In this document: piece by piece, positions 1-8,818 of the stretch
Numbering within the stretch: the first letter of the stretch is position 1
Layout: every line of letters starts with the position of its first letter
Sequence record: SRR20825006_1678
DNA: 39,963 nt
Reading direction: 5' to 3' (one strand)
Program-made: the position numbers and the translations under genes
The notes under the pieces: generated by a model
Databases searched by the model: none
Told to the model about the DNA's origin: nothing
The model's input: the letters and a program-made list of their open reading frames with translations, nothing else

Positions 1-2
1 AG

Positions 3-524
3 GTTTCCGGTAGGCTCATCGGCAAGAATGATTGAAGGCTTATTGACCAAAGCCCGACCTACAGCAACACGCTGTCGCTGCCCTCCTGAGAGTTGGTTGG
101 GTTTATGATCCATACGATCTGCGAGACCTACATCTTGCAGCACTTCTTCAGCGCGTTTATTACGCTCGGGTTTTGAATAGCCCGCATACACCATGGGCAA
201 AGCAACATTGTCGAGTGCCGTAGTACGTGGTAACAAGTTAAAAGTCTGAAATACAAAACCAATCTCCTTATTACGCACCTCCGCGAGTTCGTCATCAGTC
301 ATTGCGCTCACATCCCGATTGTTTAAAATATATGTTCCGGAAGTCGGTGTGTCAAGACAGCCCAAAAGGTTCATCAAGGTAGATTTCCCAGAACCGGAAG
401 GTCCCATAATCGCAACATACTCACCTTTATCAATTTGTAAATCGATGCCTTTTAAAACGTGAACAATATCATTTCCCAATGGAAAATCACGACGAATATC
501 TGTTATATCAATTAAGCTGCTCAT
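3..524 (-). CDS. ABC transporter ATP-binding protein, LolD/MacB-type (runs off the window edge)
   Basis: Hand translation from ATG at 524: [29 protein letters not shown]...GPSGSGKST (Walker A)...[10 protein letters not shown]...[10 protein letters not shown] (signature)...ILADEPTGN (Walker B). Not in the ORF track. Confidence 0.92.
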   Translation of the reverse strand, partial: MSSLIDITDIRRDFPLGNDIVHVLKGIDLQIDKGEYVAIMGPSGSGKSTLMNLLGCLDTPTSGTYILNNRDVSAMTDDELAEVRNKEIGFVFQTFNLLPRTTALDNVALPMVYAGYSKPERNKRAEEVLQDVGLADRMDHKPNQLSGGQRQRVAVGRALVNKPSIILADEPTGN

Positions 525-652
525 AAACTAAGTCCTCATTTATCACTAAAAAGTAGTTGATTTTAATTAATAAGTATTCAAAATAAGGCTTGAGTTACAT
601 TTAAAACCAAAAAAATTGTTAATTGCACTAAGTTATCTCCAGTTCCAATCAA

Positions 653-1372
653 ATGACTCAAAAATTATCTATAGTTATACCTGCTTATAACGAAGAAGCT
701 ACGATAATAGCTATACTTGAAAAATTAGTCAATCTAGATTTAGGTTTGAACCTATCAAAGGAAATTATCGTAGTTGATGATGCTTCCAAAGACAATACTG
801 TGAAATATACCCAAGACTTTGCTAGAGAAAATCCCTCGTCAGAAATAAGTCTTTATCAGCAGGAATTGAACAAAGGAAAAGGTGCTGCAATACACCGGGG
901 TATTAAAAATGTCACAGGTGATTTTATGATTGTTCAGGATGCTGACCTCGAATATGATCCGCAAGAATACATTTTATTACTAAAGCCTATCCTAAATGGC
1001 AATGCAGATGTAGTCTATGGAAGTAGATTTATGGGAGGTAACCCGCATCGCATTCTTTTTTTCTGGCACACTATAGGAAATAAATTCCTCACTTTCTTGA
1101 GTAACATGTTCACCAACTTAAATCTAACAGATATGGAAACATGTTATAAAATGTTTAGAACAGAAATTATTAAAAGTCTTGACCTAAAGGAAAAACGCTT
1201 CGGCTTTGAACCTGAAGTTACAGCCAAAATATCTCGTATACCTAAAATTAGAATCTACGAAGTTGGTATATCTTATTATGGAAGAACCTATGACGAAGGA
1301 AAGAAAATAAATTGGAGAGATGGTTTTAGAGCCTTATGGTGTATTTTGAAATATAATCTATTCAAAAAATGA
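653..1372 (+). CDS. Family 2 glycosyltransferase, polyprenyl-phosphate sugar synthase (DPM1/GtrB-like)
   Basis: LSIVIPAYNE, VVDDASKD, GKGAA, QDADLEYDP, VVYGSRF, TDMETCYK, FGFEPE motifs. Confidence 0.9.
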   Translation: MTQKLSIVIPAYNEEATIIAILEKLVNLDLGLNLSKEIIVVDDASKDNTVKYTQDFARENPSSEISLYQQELNKGKGAAIHRGIKNVTGDFMIVQDADLEYDPQEYILLLKPILNGNADVVYGSRFMGGNPHRILFFWHTIGNKFLTFLSNMFTNLNLTDMETCYKMFRTEIIKSLDLKEKRFGFEPEVTAKISRIPKIRIYEVGISYYGRTYDEGKKINWRDGFRALWCILKYNLFKK

Positions 1373-2646
1373 TATCAAAAGTTGCCGGTTACTTTTGCCT
1401 AAGCATAATCATCATTATTATACTCACTTATAATTTAAAAATTGCTTTTCAGGAAAAATATAATGCCGGAGGTGATGATCTTGATTATATATACCTAGCT
1501 ACTGCTGTAGCCAAAACCGGTATCTATGGTTATATGGATAGGAATCACCATGATGTGATAGAAGATTATAAAAAAGGTATTGTTGGTAAGCAAACTTATA
1601 AAAATAAAAATTATGCCTCATGGAGAGCACCGCTCTGGCCTGCTACAATGGCTTCTATTCTATATATATTCGGATACAATCTAGACTACATAATACTATT
1701 CAAGTTAATTATACATCTTATAAGTGGTTTCTTAATCTACAAATCTTTTAGACTTTTGAAACTTACGGATACGCTCTCTTTGATAGGGAGTTTTATCTTT
1801 ATAGTATCCCCTGTTTACCAAATTTATAGTAGGGTTTTTTATGCAGAGCCCCTAACTTCATTTTTTTTTAGCCTTTTTGTCTTCTCAATTATTTATTACA
1901 TAGAAAAAAGAAAACTAGTATTTTTAATACCTCTTTTTGCAGGTTGTTTAGTCCTTACTCACCCCTATTATTTATTCTTCCCATTTGCAGTTTATGGAGT
2001 TTTATGGTTAAATAAATTTATCTTTTTTAAGCAACTCCTTATATTTTCTGTTGCAAGCTTTTTTATCATATCTATATGGCCTATACGTAATTCTATTGTT
2101 CTAGAAACAAACTCTTACGTTATAACGACATCTTCCGGCCCTGTAATGGCCAAAGGTTGGAATCAAAATGTAGTAGAAAAACACACAAACACTAAAGGGG
2201 ATCTTGCCAATGAAGGGCTTGTTTTTGAAGGATATCAATCGGATAAATCTTTTAGGGGAGGAGCAGCAAATTCGCAACGTTATCAAGATGCAGTTTTTCA
2301 ATTCATTGAAAAAAACCCCAATAAAATCCTACCCATAATTTTAAAGAAACTCAAAAGTGCCTTTAATCCTTTTCAGGAGACTTTAAAAGGAGGCATTTTA
2401 GAGGCAGGCCGAGAGTTTTTTCAGGCTCTTTCACTTATTTGTTTGCTTCTCCTTTTTTTCACAAATGATAATATTCTTAAGTCCCTTGGTATTTCATTAG
2501 TTTTTAGTACAATCGCAATTACGATCGTTACTTATTCTGGGTTTCGTTTTAGAGCTCCTCAATTCTATTTAGAACTTCTCATAATATTATACGTATATCA
2601 ACGCTTATATAGTATTTCTAACCTCGACCATTATAAAAATAATTAA
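1369..2646 (+). CDS. Polytopic membrane GT-C-like glycosyltransferase (ArnT/PMT-like)
   Basis: Many TM segments; acidic GDDLDY after TM1, WRAPLWP and YAEPL motifs; 4-bp ATGA overlap with the GT2 gene. Confidence 0.65.
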   Translation: MISKVAGYFCLSIIIIIILTYNLKIAFQEKYNAGGDDLDYIYLATAVAKTGIYGYMDRNHHDVIEDYKKGIVGKQTYKNKNYASWRAPLWPATMASILYIFGYNLDYIILFKLIIHLISGFLIYKSFRLLKLTDTLSLIGSFIFIVSPVYQIYSRVFYAEPLTSFFFSLFVFSIIYYIEKRKLVFLIPLFAGCLVLTHPYYLFFPFAVYGVLWLNKFIFFKQLLIFSVASFFIISIWPIRNSIVLETNSYVITTSSGPVMAKGWNQNVVEKHTNTKGDLANEGLVFEGYQSDKSFRGGAANSQRYQDAVFQFIEKNPNKILPIILKKLKSAFNPFQETLKGGILEAGREFFQALSLICLLLLFFTNDNILKSLGISLVFSTIAITIVTYSGFRFRAPQFYLELLIILYVYQRLYSISNLDHYKNN

Positions 2647-2652
2647 AAAGTA

Positions 2653-4089
2653 ATGATTAAAACCATACTAGAGTTCAATTTAATTAAGGATTCAGTTTAC
2701 TTTTTTAATTCTTTAAAAGAGCATCAGCTCGAATTTTCTATTTTATCTTCACTTTACTTATTATTATTAATCTACTTAACAAATGATGTTCCATTTAGTT
2801 ATGATGAAATAACCACATTATATTATTTTGTTCACGGGAGTTTAAAAGGTATTTATATATCTATGACTTTTTATCCATTTCCCAACAACCATATGCTTTA
2901 CAGTCTATTCTCTAATGTCGCAAAAATCATTTTTGGGAATTCGGAGTTCACTCTTCGAATCACATCTATTCTATCCAGCTTGTTTAGTTTACTAATCTTA
3001 TCACATTTATTAATTCGTGCTTTTGATAAAAAACTGGGGTTTGCTTTATCAATATTATTTTGTTCCCTTAACGGCATCTTTTACTATTGCTTTTTAGCCC
3101 GTGGTTATAGTTTAGTAATATTATTTTTCCTAATAGGTATACTTTCAGTATACAACTACAGTATAACAAATAAACGTTCGTTTTTAACTTACCTTTCAAT
3201 ATCCTGCACATTAGGATTATACACAATGCCCTCATATTTATATCCAGCAATAAGTCTTTATATTTTTATTTTCACTCATTCGATGGGTAAATTAAACACC
3301 AAAAAACTGCGACAATACTTATCATCAGGCTTAAAAACAGCTCTATTTACTGCAATTTTATACCTGCCGATTGTTTGGAGAATGGGAATTCAGCCAATTA
3401 CAAATAATAGATTTGTTCAACCAATTAGTAGAAACGTCGTTCTTGAAAACCTTATGTTACATTTTACAAAGACATTTGATTTTTTAACCTTTTCACACGG
3501 CAATTATTTAATTTTCTCACTACTACTGTTGAGTTTTCTTTTTCGGCTTAAGAATAACATTCAATTGAATTTTTTACGAGTATTGTCGCTCTTTACTATT
3601 ATACTGTCACCAATCCTTATTTTACTTCATAGTGTAGTTCCGTTCGAACGAACTTGGATTTATTTATCAGTACCAATTATTATTTTGATAGGGATTACCT
3701 TGTTCCAACTAAATCAATTTATTCCTAAATTTAATATTCCTTTAATGACTCTAGGCATTAGCATATTTTTTTTAACATATAACATTGGTAATAGAAAGAT
3801 TATTTTTAAAGAATTCTATTCTGGTAAAGAAATTGCAAAAGTATTATTTGAAATGAAAGTATCTAATGCTGTTTGCACAAATGATATTCTAACAAGAACT
3901 ATCGGTTATTATTACAGGCAATTGGGAGAAGTTAGTTTTAAATACACGGAGGCGAATTCTGCTTTGGGAAAAGAACATATATACGACGCTATCATCACTC
4001 AAACAAACCTAGACCCAGAATCTATTTATAAATCAGAGTCTAAAATTGGCGAATTTAATATTTATGTATATAAAAAACCTAAACCCTAA
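2653..4089 (+). CDS. Second polytopic membrane GT-C-like glycosyltransferase (GT39/GT83-like)
   Basis: SYDE after TM1, PNNHMLY, EFTLR, ARGYSL motifs; multiple TM segments and a soluble C-terminal tail. Confidence 0.7.
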   Translation: MIKTILEFNLIKDSVYFFNSLKEHQLEFSILSSLYLLLLIYLTNDVPFSYDEITTLYYFVHGSLKGIYISMTFYPFPNNHMLYSLFSNVAKIIFGNSEFTLRITSILSSLFSLLILSHLLIRAFDKKLGFALSILFCSLNGIFYYCFLARGYSLVILFFLIGILSVYNYSITNKRSFLTYLSISCTLGLYTMPSYLYPAISLYIFIFTHSMGKLNTKKLRQYLSSGLKTALFTAILYLPIVWRMGIQPITNNRFVQPISRNVVLENLMLHFTKTFDFLTFSHGNYLIFSLLLLSFLFRLKNNIQLNFLRVLSLFTIILSPILILLHSVVPFERTWIYLSVPIIILIGITLFQLNQFIPKFNIPLMTLGISIFFLTYNIGNRKIIFKEFYSGKEIAKVLFEMKVSNAVCTNDILTRTIGYYYRQLGEVSFKYTEANSALGKEHIYDAIITQTNLDPESIYKSESKIGEFNIYVYKKPKP

Positions 4090-4849
4090 TCTTAAAATGC
4101 TCCTCAACCTGCTCGGTTCTAAAGAATACAAAACCTAGCCAAAAGCAATCTACCGTAACGCTCACCCGAGGGTGTTGCTTGATCAACTCCCAGGCTTCCG
4201 TCATTTCTGGTGACCAATAGATATCATCAAAGATCCATACACTATCGTTATGTGCAGTAGGCAATAATTGTTCGAAGTAGTTTAAGGTTGCTTCCTTACT
4301 GTGATTTCCGTCGAAATAAATAAGATCAAATTTTTCTGAAATCACCTGCGGAAGCGTTTGCTTAAAATCACCTACAACAACCTCAACATTTGAAATTTCT
4401 GCGCTTTTTAAATGCTTCTGAGCCACGGCAGCGGTTTGCGGGCAACCTTCTAGCGAAGTCATTTTTGCTGTTTTAGGCAAAGCCAAAGAAACGGTGGCTA
4501 AACCCACAGAGGTTCCTAATTCTAAAATAGCTTTTGGTTTAAAATAGGTCACTACACGATAAAGCAGTTTCATTCTGGAGAAACGTGCTCCGGCGTGTTT
4601 GGCGATATCTTTAATCGCGCGTCTATTGCTTTTAAAAATACGCGATCCCGCACCAAAGTCAGTTACTTCAATAACCTCATCGGATTGACGAAGTTTATTT
4701 CGATACGCTTTAAGTTGCTTTTTAGCTTCTTTTGAAGTTTTTCGGTAAAGGCATTTAGTGACAAATGTGTACACAAAAGGAGAATGTACCCCGTGTTGAT
4801 TGGTCGCTTTCCGCAGAAATTGTGAATAAGCTTTAATGATGTACCACAT
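4079..4849 (-). CDS. Class I SAM-dependent methyltransferase (Methyltransf_24-like)
   Basis: ILELGTSVG, FDLIYFDGNH, IFDDIYWS; N-terminal HGVHSPFVY typical of Bacteroidota homologues. Confidence 0.88.
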   Translation of the reverse strand: MWYIIKAYSQFLRKATNQHGVHSPFVYTFVTKCLYRKTSKEAKKQLKAYRNKLRQSDEVIEVTDFGAGSRIFKSNRRAIKDIAKHAGARFSRMKLLYRVVTYFKPKAILELGTSVGLATVSLALPKTAKMTSLEGCPQTAAVAQKHLKSAEISNVEVVVGDFKQTLPQVISEKFDLIYFDGNHSKEATLNYFEQLLPTAHNDSVWIFDDIYWSPEMTEAWELIKQHPRVSVTVDCFWLGFVFFRTEQVEEHFKIRV

Positions 4850-4884
4850 TCTCAGATTTCATTTTTTCAAATTTCTGATCAAGC

Positions 4885-6768
4885 CTAACCTTCCATCTTG
4901 GCACTTAAGTCAAACCAACGCTCGGTAAATTCGTCTATTTTATCCTGAATCTGCTGCAACTCCACAGAAGCCTGATTGATCTCCTCTCCTGACAAATCAG
5001 GATTTAAAAATTCGGCTTCCTTCTTTTCCTTTTCTTTTTCAAGCTTGGCGATATCGCGTTCCAGTCGGTTGTATTCCTTTTGCTCGTTATAAGAAAGTGC
5101 GCTTCCGGCTGTTTTCCAGTTGTCTTTGTTAGTTTCCTTTTCCACTTTGGGCTGCGGATCTTCCTCTTGAATAATTGCCGGACCAGAATCATAAGCTCTA
5201 AAATCAGAGTAATTCCCCGGAAAATCTTCAACTACACCGTGACCTCTAAATACAAAAAGATGATCAACGATCTTATCCATAAAATAACGGTCGTGCGAAA
5301 CAACGATCAAACATCCCGGATAATCCAGCAAGAAACTCTCAAGCACATTAAGCGTCACAATATCCAGATCGTTTGTTGGCTCATCGAGAATTAAAAAGTT
5401 AGGATTCTGAATAAGCACTGTGCATAAATATAAACGCTTACGCTCGCCTCCACTCAATTTTTCAACGAAATCGTATTGCTTTTTTCGGTTAAAAAGAAAA
5501 CGCTCTAAAAGCTGACCTGCAGAAATCTGGCGTCCTTTTTTCAATGGAATATAATCCCCAAATTCTTTGATAACATCAATTACCTTTTGACCGTGCTTGA
5601 TATCAATTCCCTTCTGTGTATAATAGCCAAATTGAATGGTCTCGCCGATCACGATCTTTCCACCATCGGGTGGCGTTTTACCTGTAAGAATATTGAGAAA
5701 TGTAGATTTCCCGGTTCCATTTTTACCAATGATCCCAATACGGTCTGCCCGCTGAAAATTATAGTCAAACTTATCGAGGATCACACGATCTTTAAAGGAC
5801 TTAGAAACTTTATGCAGCTCTACGATCTTACTTCCCAACCGCTCCATATTCAGCTCGAGTTGCACCTCGTGATCGTTGCGGCGTTTATGTGCGCGTTCTT
5901 TTATTTCTGCAAAATCATCGATACGTGATTTTGACTTTGTGGTACGTGCTTTGGGCTGGCGACGCATCCACTCCAGTTCCTTTTTAAAAAGCTGTTTTGC
6001 CTTCCCGGTCTCTACTTCTTCATTGGTAACTCGCGCATCGCGTTTCTCTAGGTAATACGCATAATTCCCTTTATAACTATACAGTTTACCTTCATCCAAC
6101 TCGATTATCTCATTACACACCCGCTCTAAAAAGTAGCGGTCGTGCGTTACCATAAACAGCGTAAAATTCTCTTTGGCAAAAAACTGCTCTAGCCACTCGA
6201 TCATCTCGAGATCCAAATGGTTTGTTGGCTCATCTAGAATCAGCAAATCAGGCTTACTGAGCAGCATATTAGCCAAAGCCAAACGCTTTTTTTGCCCACC
6301 ACTTAATTTTTCGACTTTACGATCAAGATCATCCAGTTTTAGCTGAAATAAGATCTGCTTGTATTGGGTCTCAAAATCCCAGGCCTGATGCGCTTCCATC
6401 TGATCAAAAGCTTTCTGATACGCTTCGGTATCTTCCATATTTTGAAGCGCGTGCTCATAGGCCGAGATCACGTTTAAGATCTCATTATCGCTATCAAATA
6501 TGGTTTGTTCTACGGTAAGATTAGGATCAAGATCGGGTTCCTGAGGAAGAAAGGAAATCTTGATTCCTTTGCGATATACCACCTGCCCACTGTCTGGATT
6601 TTCAGCTCCTGCCAGAATATCAAGCATCGACGTTTTACCGGTACCGTTTTTGGCCACTAAACCAATTTTTTGTCCTTCGTTAATACCAAAAGACAAATCT
6701 TTAAACAATACTCGTTCGCCAAAAGCTTTAGCGATAGACTCTACCGAAACATAATTGATTGCGCTCAT
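4885..6768 (-). CDS. ABC-F family ATP-binding protein (Uup/YfmR-like)
   Basis: Two NBDs (AKNGTGKT/LSGGQ/LDEPTNHLD and GKNGTGKST/LSGGE/LDEPTNDLD), no TM, RQPKARTTKSK linker, C-terminal coiled coil. Confidence 0.92.
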   Translation of the reverse strand: MSAINYVSVESIAKAFGERVLFKDLSFGINEGQKIGLVAKNGTGKTSMLDILAGAENPDSGQVVYRKGIKISFLPQEPDLDPNLTVEQTIFDSDNEILNVISAYEHALQNMEDTEAYQKAFDQMEAHQAWDFETQYKQILFQLKLDDLDRKVEKLSGGQKKRLALANMLLSKPDLLILDEPTNHLDLEMIEWLEQFFAKENFTLFMVTHDRYFLERVCNEIIELDEGKLYSYKGNYAYYLEKRDARVTNEEVETGKAKQLFKKELEWMRRQPKARTTKSKSRIDDFAEIKERAHKRRNDHEVQLELNMERLGSKIVELHKVSKSFKDRVILDKFDYNFQRADRIGIIGKNGTGKSTFLNILTGKTPPDGGKIVIGETIQFGYYTQKGIDIKHGQKVIDVIKEFGDYIPLKKGRQISAGQLLERFLFNRKKQYDFVEKLSGGERKRLYLCTVLIQNPNFLILDEPTNDLDIVTLNVLESFLLDYPGCLIVVSHDRYFMDKIVDHLFVFRGHGVVEDFPGNYSDFRAYDSGPAIIQEEDPQPKVEKETNKDNWKTAGSALSYNEQKEYNRLERDIAKLEKEKEKKEAEFLNPDLSGEEINQASVELQQIQDKIDEFTERWFDLSAKMEG

Positions 6769-6810
6769 AGGCTGCGAATTTAGCCTTAATAAGTGGAGAA
6801 AAAAACTAGA

Positions 6811-7197
6811 TTAATTATCCAGAATCTTTTTAATATTTGGTTTGAAATAAGCTGGACCTTTTAAGACTTTTCCGTCCTCACGGTACACCGGTTTACCATC
6901 AGCTCCTAACTTGCTCATATTGCTGCGCTGAATTTCATCAAAAACTTCTTCGATCTTATGTTGCATCCCGTGTTCTAAAATGGTTCCGCATAAGATATAA
7001 AGCATATCGCCTAATGCATCGGCTACTTCGGTAAGATCATTATTGTTAGCAGCTTCTAGATATTCTTCATTCTCTTCTTTCATCAAATTGAAACGCAACA
7101 AATTTTTAGCCTCGCCCAAGTCGGCCTTTGGGGCTTCTTCAATTCCTAATCCAAAGGTGCTATGAAATTCGTGTACCGCAGCTAATCGTTTTTTCAT
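6811..7197 (-). CDS. Nucleoside triphosphate pyrophosphohydrolase family protein (MazG-like all-alpha)
   Basis: EENEEYLEA, EVADALGDMLY, SNMSK, REDGKVLKG; start placed at ATG 7197 (MKKRL) to avoid overlapping the divergent gene. Confidence 0.85.
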   Translation of the reverse strand: MKKRLAAVHEFHSTFGLGIEEAPKADLGEAKNLLRFNLMKEENEEYLEAANNNDLTEVADALGDMLYILCGTILEHGMQHKIEEVFDEIQRSNMSKLGADGKPVYREDGKVLKGPAYFKPNIKKILDN

Positions 7198-7220
7198 CGT
7201 AATATTCTGTTTTAAAGACT

Positions 7221-7228
7221 TAATTTTG
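7221..7228 (+). promoter_or_regulatory. Bacteroidota sigma70 -7 element (TAnnTTTG)
   Basis: TAATTTTG 17 nt upstream of ATG 7246. Confidence 0.6.
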
Positions 7229-7245
7229 ACTAAAAATACATTAAA

Positions 7246-7434
7246 ATGTTCACTACCGGTCAATGGGTTTTTGCGGCCTTGTTCTTTATCGCTTTTGTGT
7301 TTTTTGTATCACGCAGCTATCGCAAAGACCGCAAACTTCACAAAAAAGAATACCGAGGATCTTTCTGGATTTTGATAGGTTTTATCGTTTTTGTGGCGCT
7401 ACTTTTTCTTATTAAATTAACGCTTAACAAGTAA
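7246..7434 (+). CDS. Small two-TM membrane protein (62 aa)
   Basis: Two hydrophobic helices around a basic loop (YRKDRKLHKKEYRG); -7 promoter element upstream. Confidence 0.75.
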   Translation: MFTTGQWVFAALFFIAFVFFVSRSYRKDRKLHKKEYRGSFWILIGFIVFVALLFLIKLTLNK

Positions 7435-7517
7435 GTTACTTTTCTTAATTCTTCTTTTGTGGGAATCTCCTACAATCCGTTTTAAATTGCTAACTTAGCT
7501 GTTAAACCCATTCCTAA

Positions 7518-8573
7518 ATGAAAATATTAAAATACCTCTTCTTTCTACTGCTCATTGTTTTTATAGCAGGTGCTATTTATTTTGCTACTAAAGACGGTAC
7601 TTATGAAATTGAAGAATCAAAAATTATTGACGCTCCTGTAAGTGTGATTTTTGATAAGGTTAATGAATATAAAACTTGGGAAACCTGGGGACCTTGGAAA
7701 CAAGAAGACCCTACAATGGTTTTTAATTATCCTGAAAAAACCAGCGGCGAGGGCGCGAGCTATTCGTGGAATGGTGAAGAAGTTGATGGTGCTATGCGAA
7801 CCACTTCGGTTATCGAAGATCAACGTATTGAGCAAGACATCACTTTTATCACTCCGGGAGGAGAGCGCGATGCAAATGTATTTTGGCAATTTGAAGAAGT
7901 TGAAGAAGGTACTAAAGTAACCTGGGGAATTAGAGGTGAACACACCTTAATGGACAAAGCCTATTTCACTCTTGGTGGTTATGATTTTGATGGCGAAATG
8001 CGCACGATGTATGACAAAGGTCTGACTGCATTAGACCAATTGATCAATGCTGATATGAAAGTGTACAGCATTGATGTAAGCGGCATTACACAATATAGCG
8101 GTGGTTTTTATATGTATGCCACAACAGCCACCTCGATTGAACATATTGATGAAAAAGTTATTGAGCTTATTCCACAGGTGAAATCTTTTATGGAAGGTAA
8201 TAACATCACCATTCTGGGAAAACCGCTAACTATTTACAACTCTAAAGACTCTGTAAATAATAGCGCCATCATTTCAAGTGGAATTCCTACAACATCAAGA
8301 ATAGTAGTACCTGAAGACAGCGCTATTCTTTGTGGATTTTTACCGGCCTACACCGTCATAAAAACGCGACTAACCGGAAACACCAGTAATCTTGATGAAG
8401 CTTGGAAAAAAACCGAAGCTTACATGCAAGAAAACAATTATGTGGCCGCTCCCGAAAGCAGCAAATTTGAATTTTACATAGTAGGCCCTGAGGACACCCC
8501 GAATCCTGCTGAGTGGGTAACCGAACTCTATCTTCCCGTACAAGTAGAAGAACTGCCAAGTGGAAGTCTTTAA
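7518..8573 (+). CDS. Membrane-anchored SRPBCC + GyrI-like small-molecule-binding protein
   Basis: N-terminal TM; SRPBCC-like WETWGPW...GEGASYSW; GyrI-like C-terminus FEFYIVGP...WVTELYLPV. Confidence 0.75.
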   Translation: MKILKYLFFLLLIVFIAGAIYFATKDGTYEIEESKIIDAPVSVIFDKVNEYKTWETWGPWKQEDPTMVFNYPEKTSGEGASYSWNGEEVDGAMRTTSVIEDQRIEQDITFITPGGERDANVFWQFEEVEEGTKVTWGIRGEHTLMDKAYFTLGGYDFDGEMRTMYDKGLTALDQLINADMKVYSIDVSGITQYSGGFYMYATTATSIEHIDEKVIELIPQVKSFMEGNNITILGKPLTIYNSKDSVNNSAIISSGIPTTSRIVVPEDSAILCGFLPAYTVIKTRLTGNTSNLDEAWKKTEAYMQENNYVAAPESSKFEFYIVGPEDTPNPAEWVTELYLPVQVEELPSGSL

Positions 8574-8631
8574 TTTTAATTAACAAACAAAAGCTTCTAC
8601 TGAAAAAGTTTTAGTAGCTTTAACTTATCAA

Positions 8632-8663
8632 ACGACCTTGATGCAATAAACACAAAAGGTCGT
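8632..8663. promoter_or_regulatory. Palindromic operator candidate ACGACCTT-N16-AAGGTCGT
   Basis: Perfect 8-bp inverted repeat (8632-8639 / 8656-8663) just upstream of the -7-like TAAATTCG (8667-8674). Confidence 0.5.
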
Positions 8664-8680
8664 CCATAAATTCGCTTAAA

Positions 8681-8749
8681 ATGAAATTTAAAAACACATC
8701 ATATCGCCTAGTAAAGGAATATCCTTCTCTTCCAGACGTGCTGTGTTGA
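8681..8749 (+). CDS. Putative 22-aa leader peptide MKFKNTSYRLVKEYPSLPDVLC
   Basis: ATG 8681 to TGA 8749; its 3' end is complementary to the 5' arm of the downstream terminator. Confidence 0.55.
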   Translation: MKFKNTSYRLVKEYPSLPDVLC

Positions 8750-8773
8750 TACATAAACCTATTTTATAAACGC

Positions 8774-8809
8774 AAAAAGTCTGGTCCTATCGCCAGACTT
8801 TTTTTATTT
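8774..8809 (+). terminator. Intrinsic terminator / attenuator before the MFS gene
   Basis: AAAAAGTCTGG-tcctatcg-CCAGACTTTTT followed by TTATTT; ends about 10 nt before GTG 8819. Confidence 0.8.
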
Positions 8810-8818
8810 AGACCTATC

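Noticed and set aside
525-539. Minus-strand ATGAGGACTTAGTTT resembles the methyltransferase 3' end ATTAGGGTTTAGGTT (11/15), a possible islet junction duplication
   Set aside because: Too short and degenerate in AT-rich DNA to call an att site or target duplication.
1861-1869. T9 tract (and other T7-T8 tracts) in the GT-C genes as phase-variation sites
   Set aside because: Expected from Phe codons in AT-rich membrane-protein genes; frames are intact.
7198-7263. N-terminal extension of the NTP-pyrophosphohydrolase in the ORF track
   Set aside because: It overlaps the divergent gene and promoter; ATG 7197 fits better.
8589-8621. Imperfect hairpin CTACTGAAA/TTTTAGTAG after the SRPBCC/GyrI gene
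   Set aside because: Possible weak terminator, but AU-rich with a short U-tract, so not listed as a feature.
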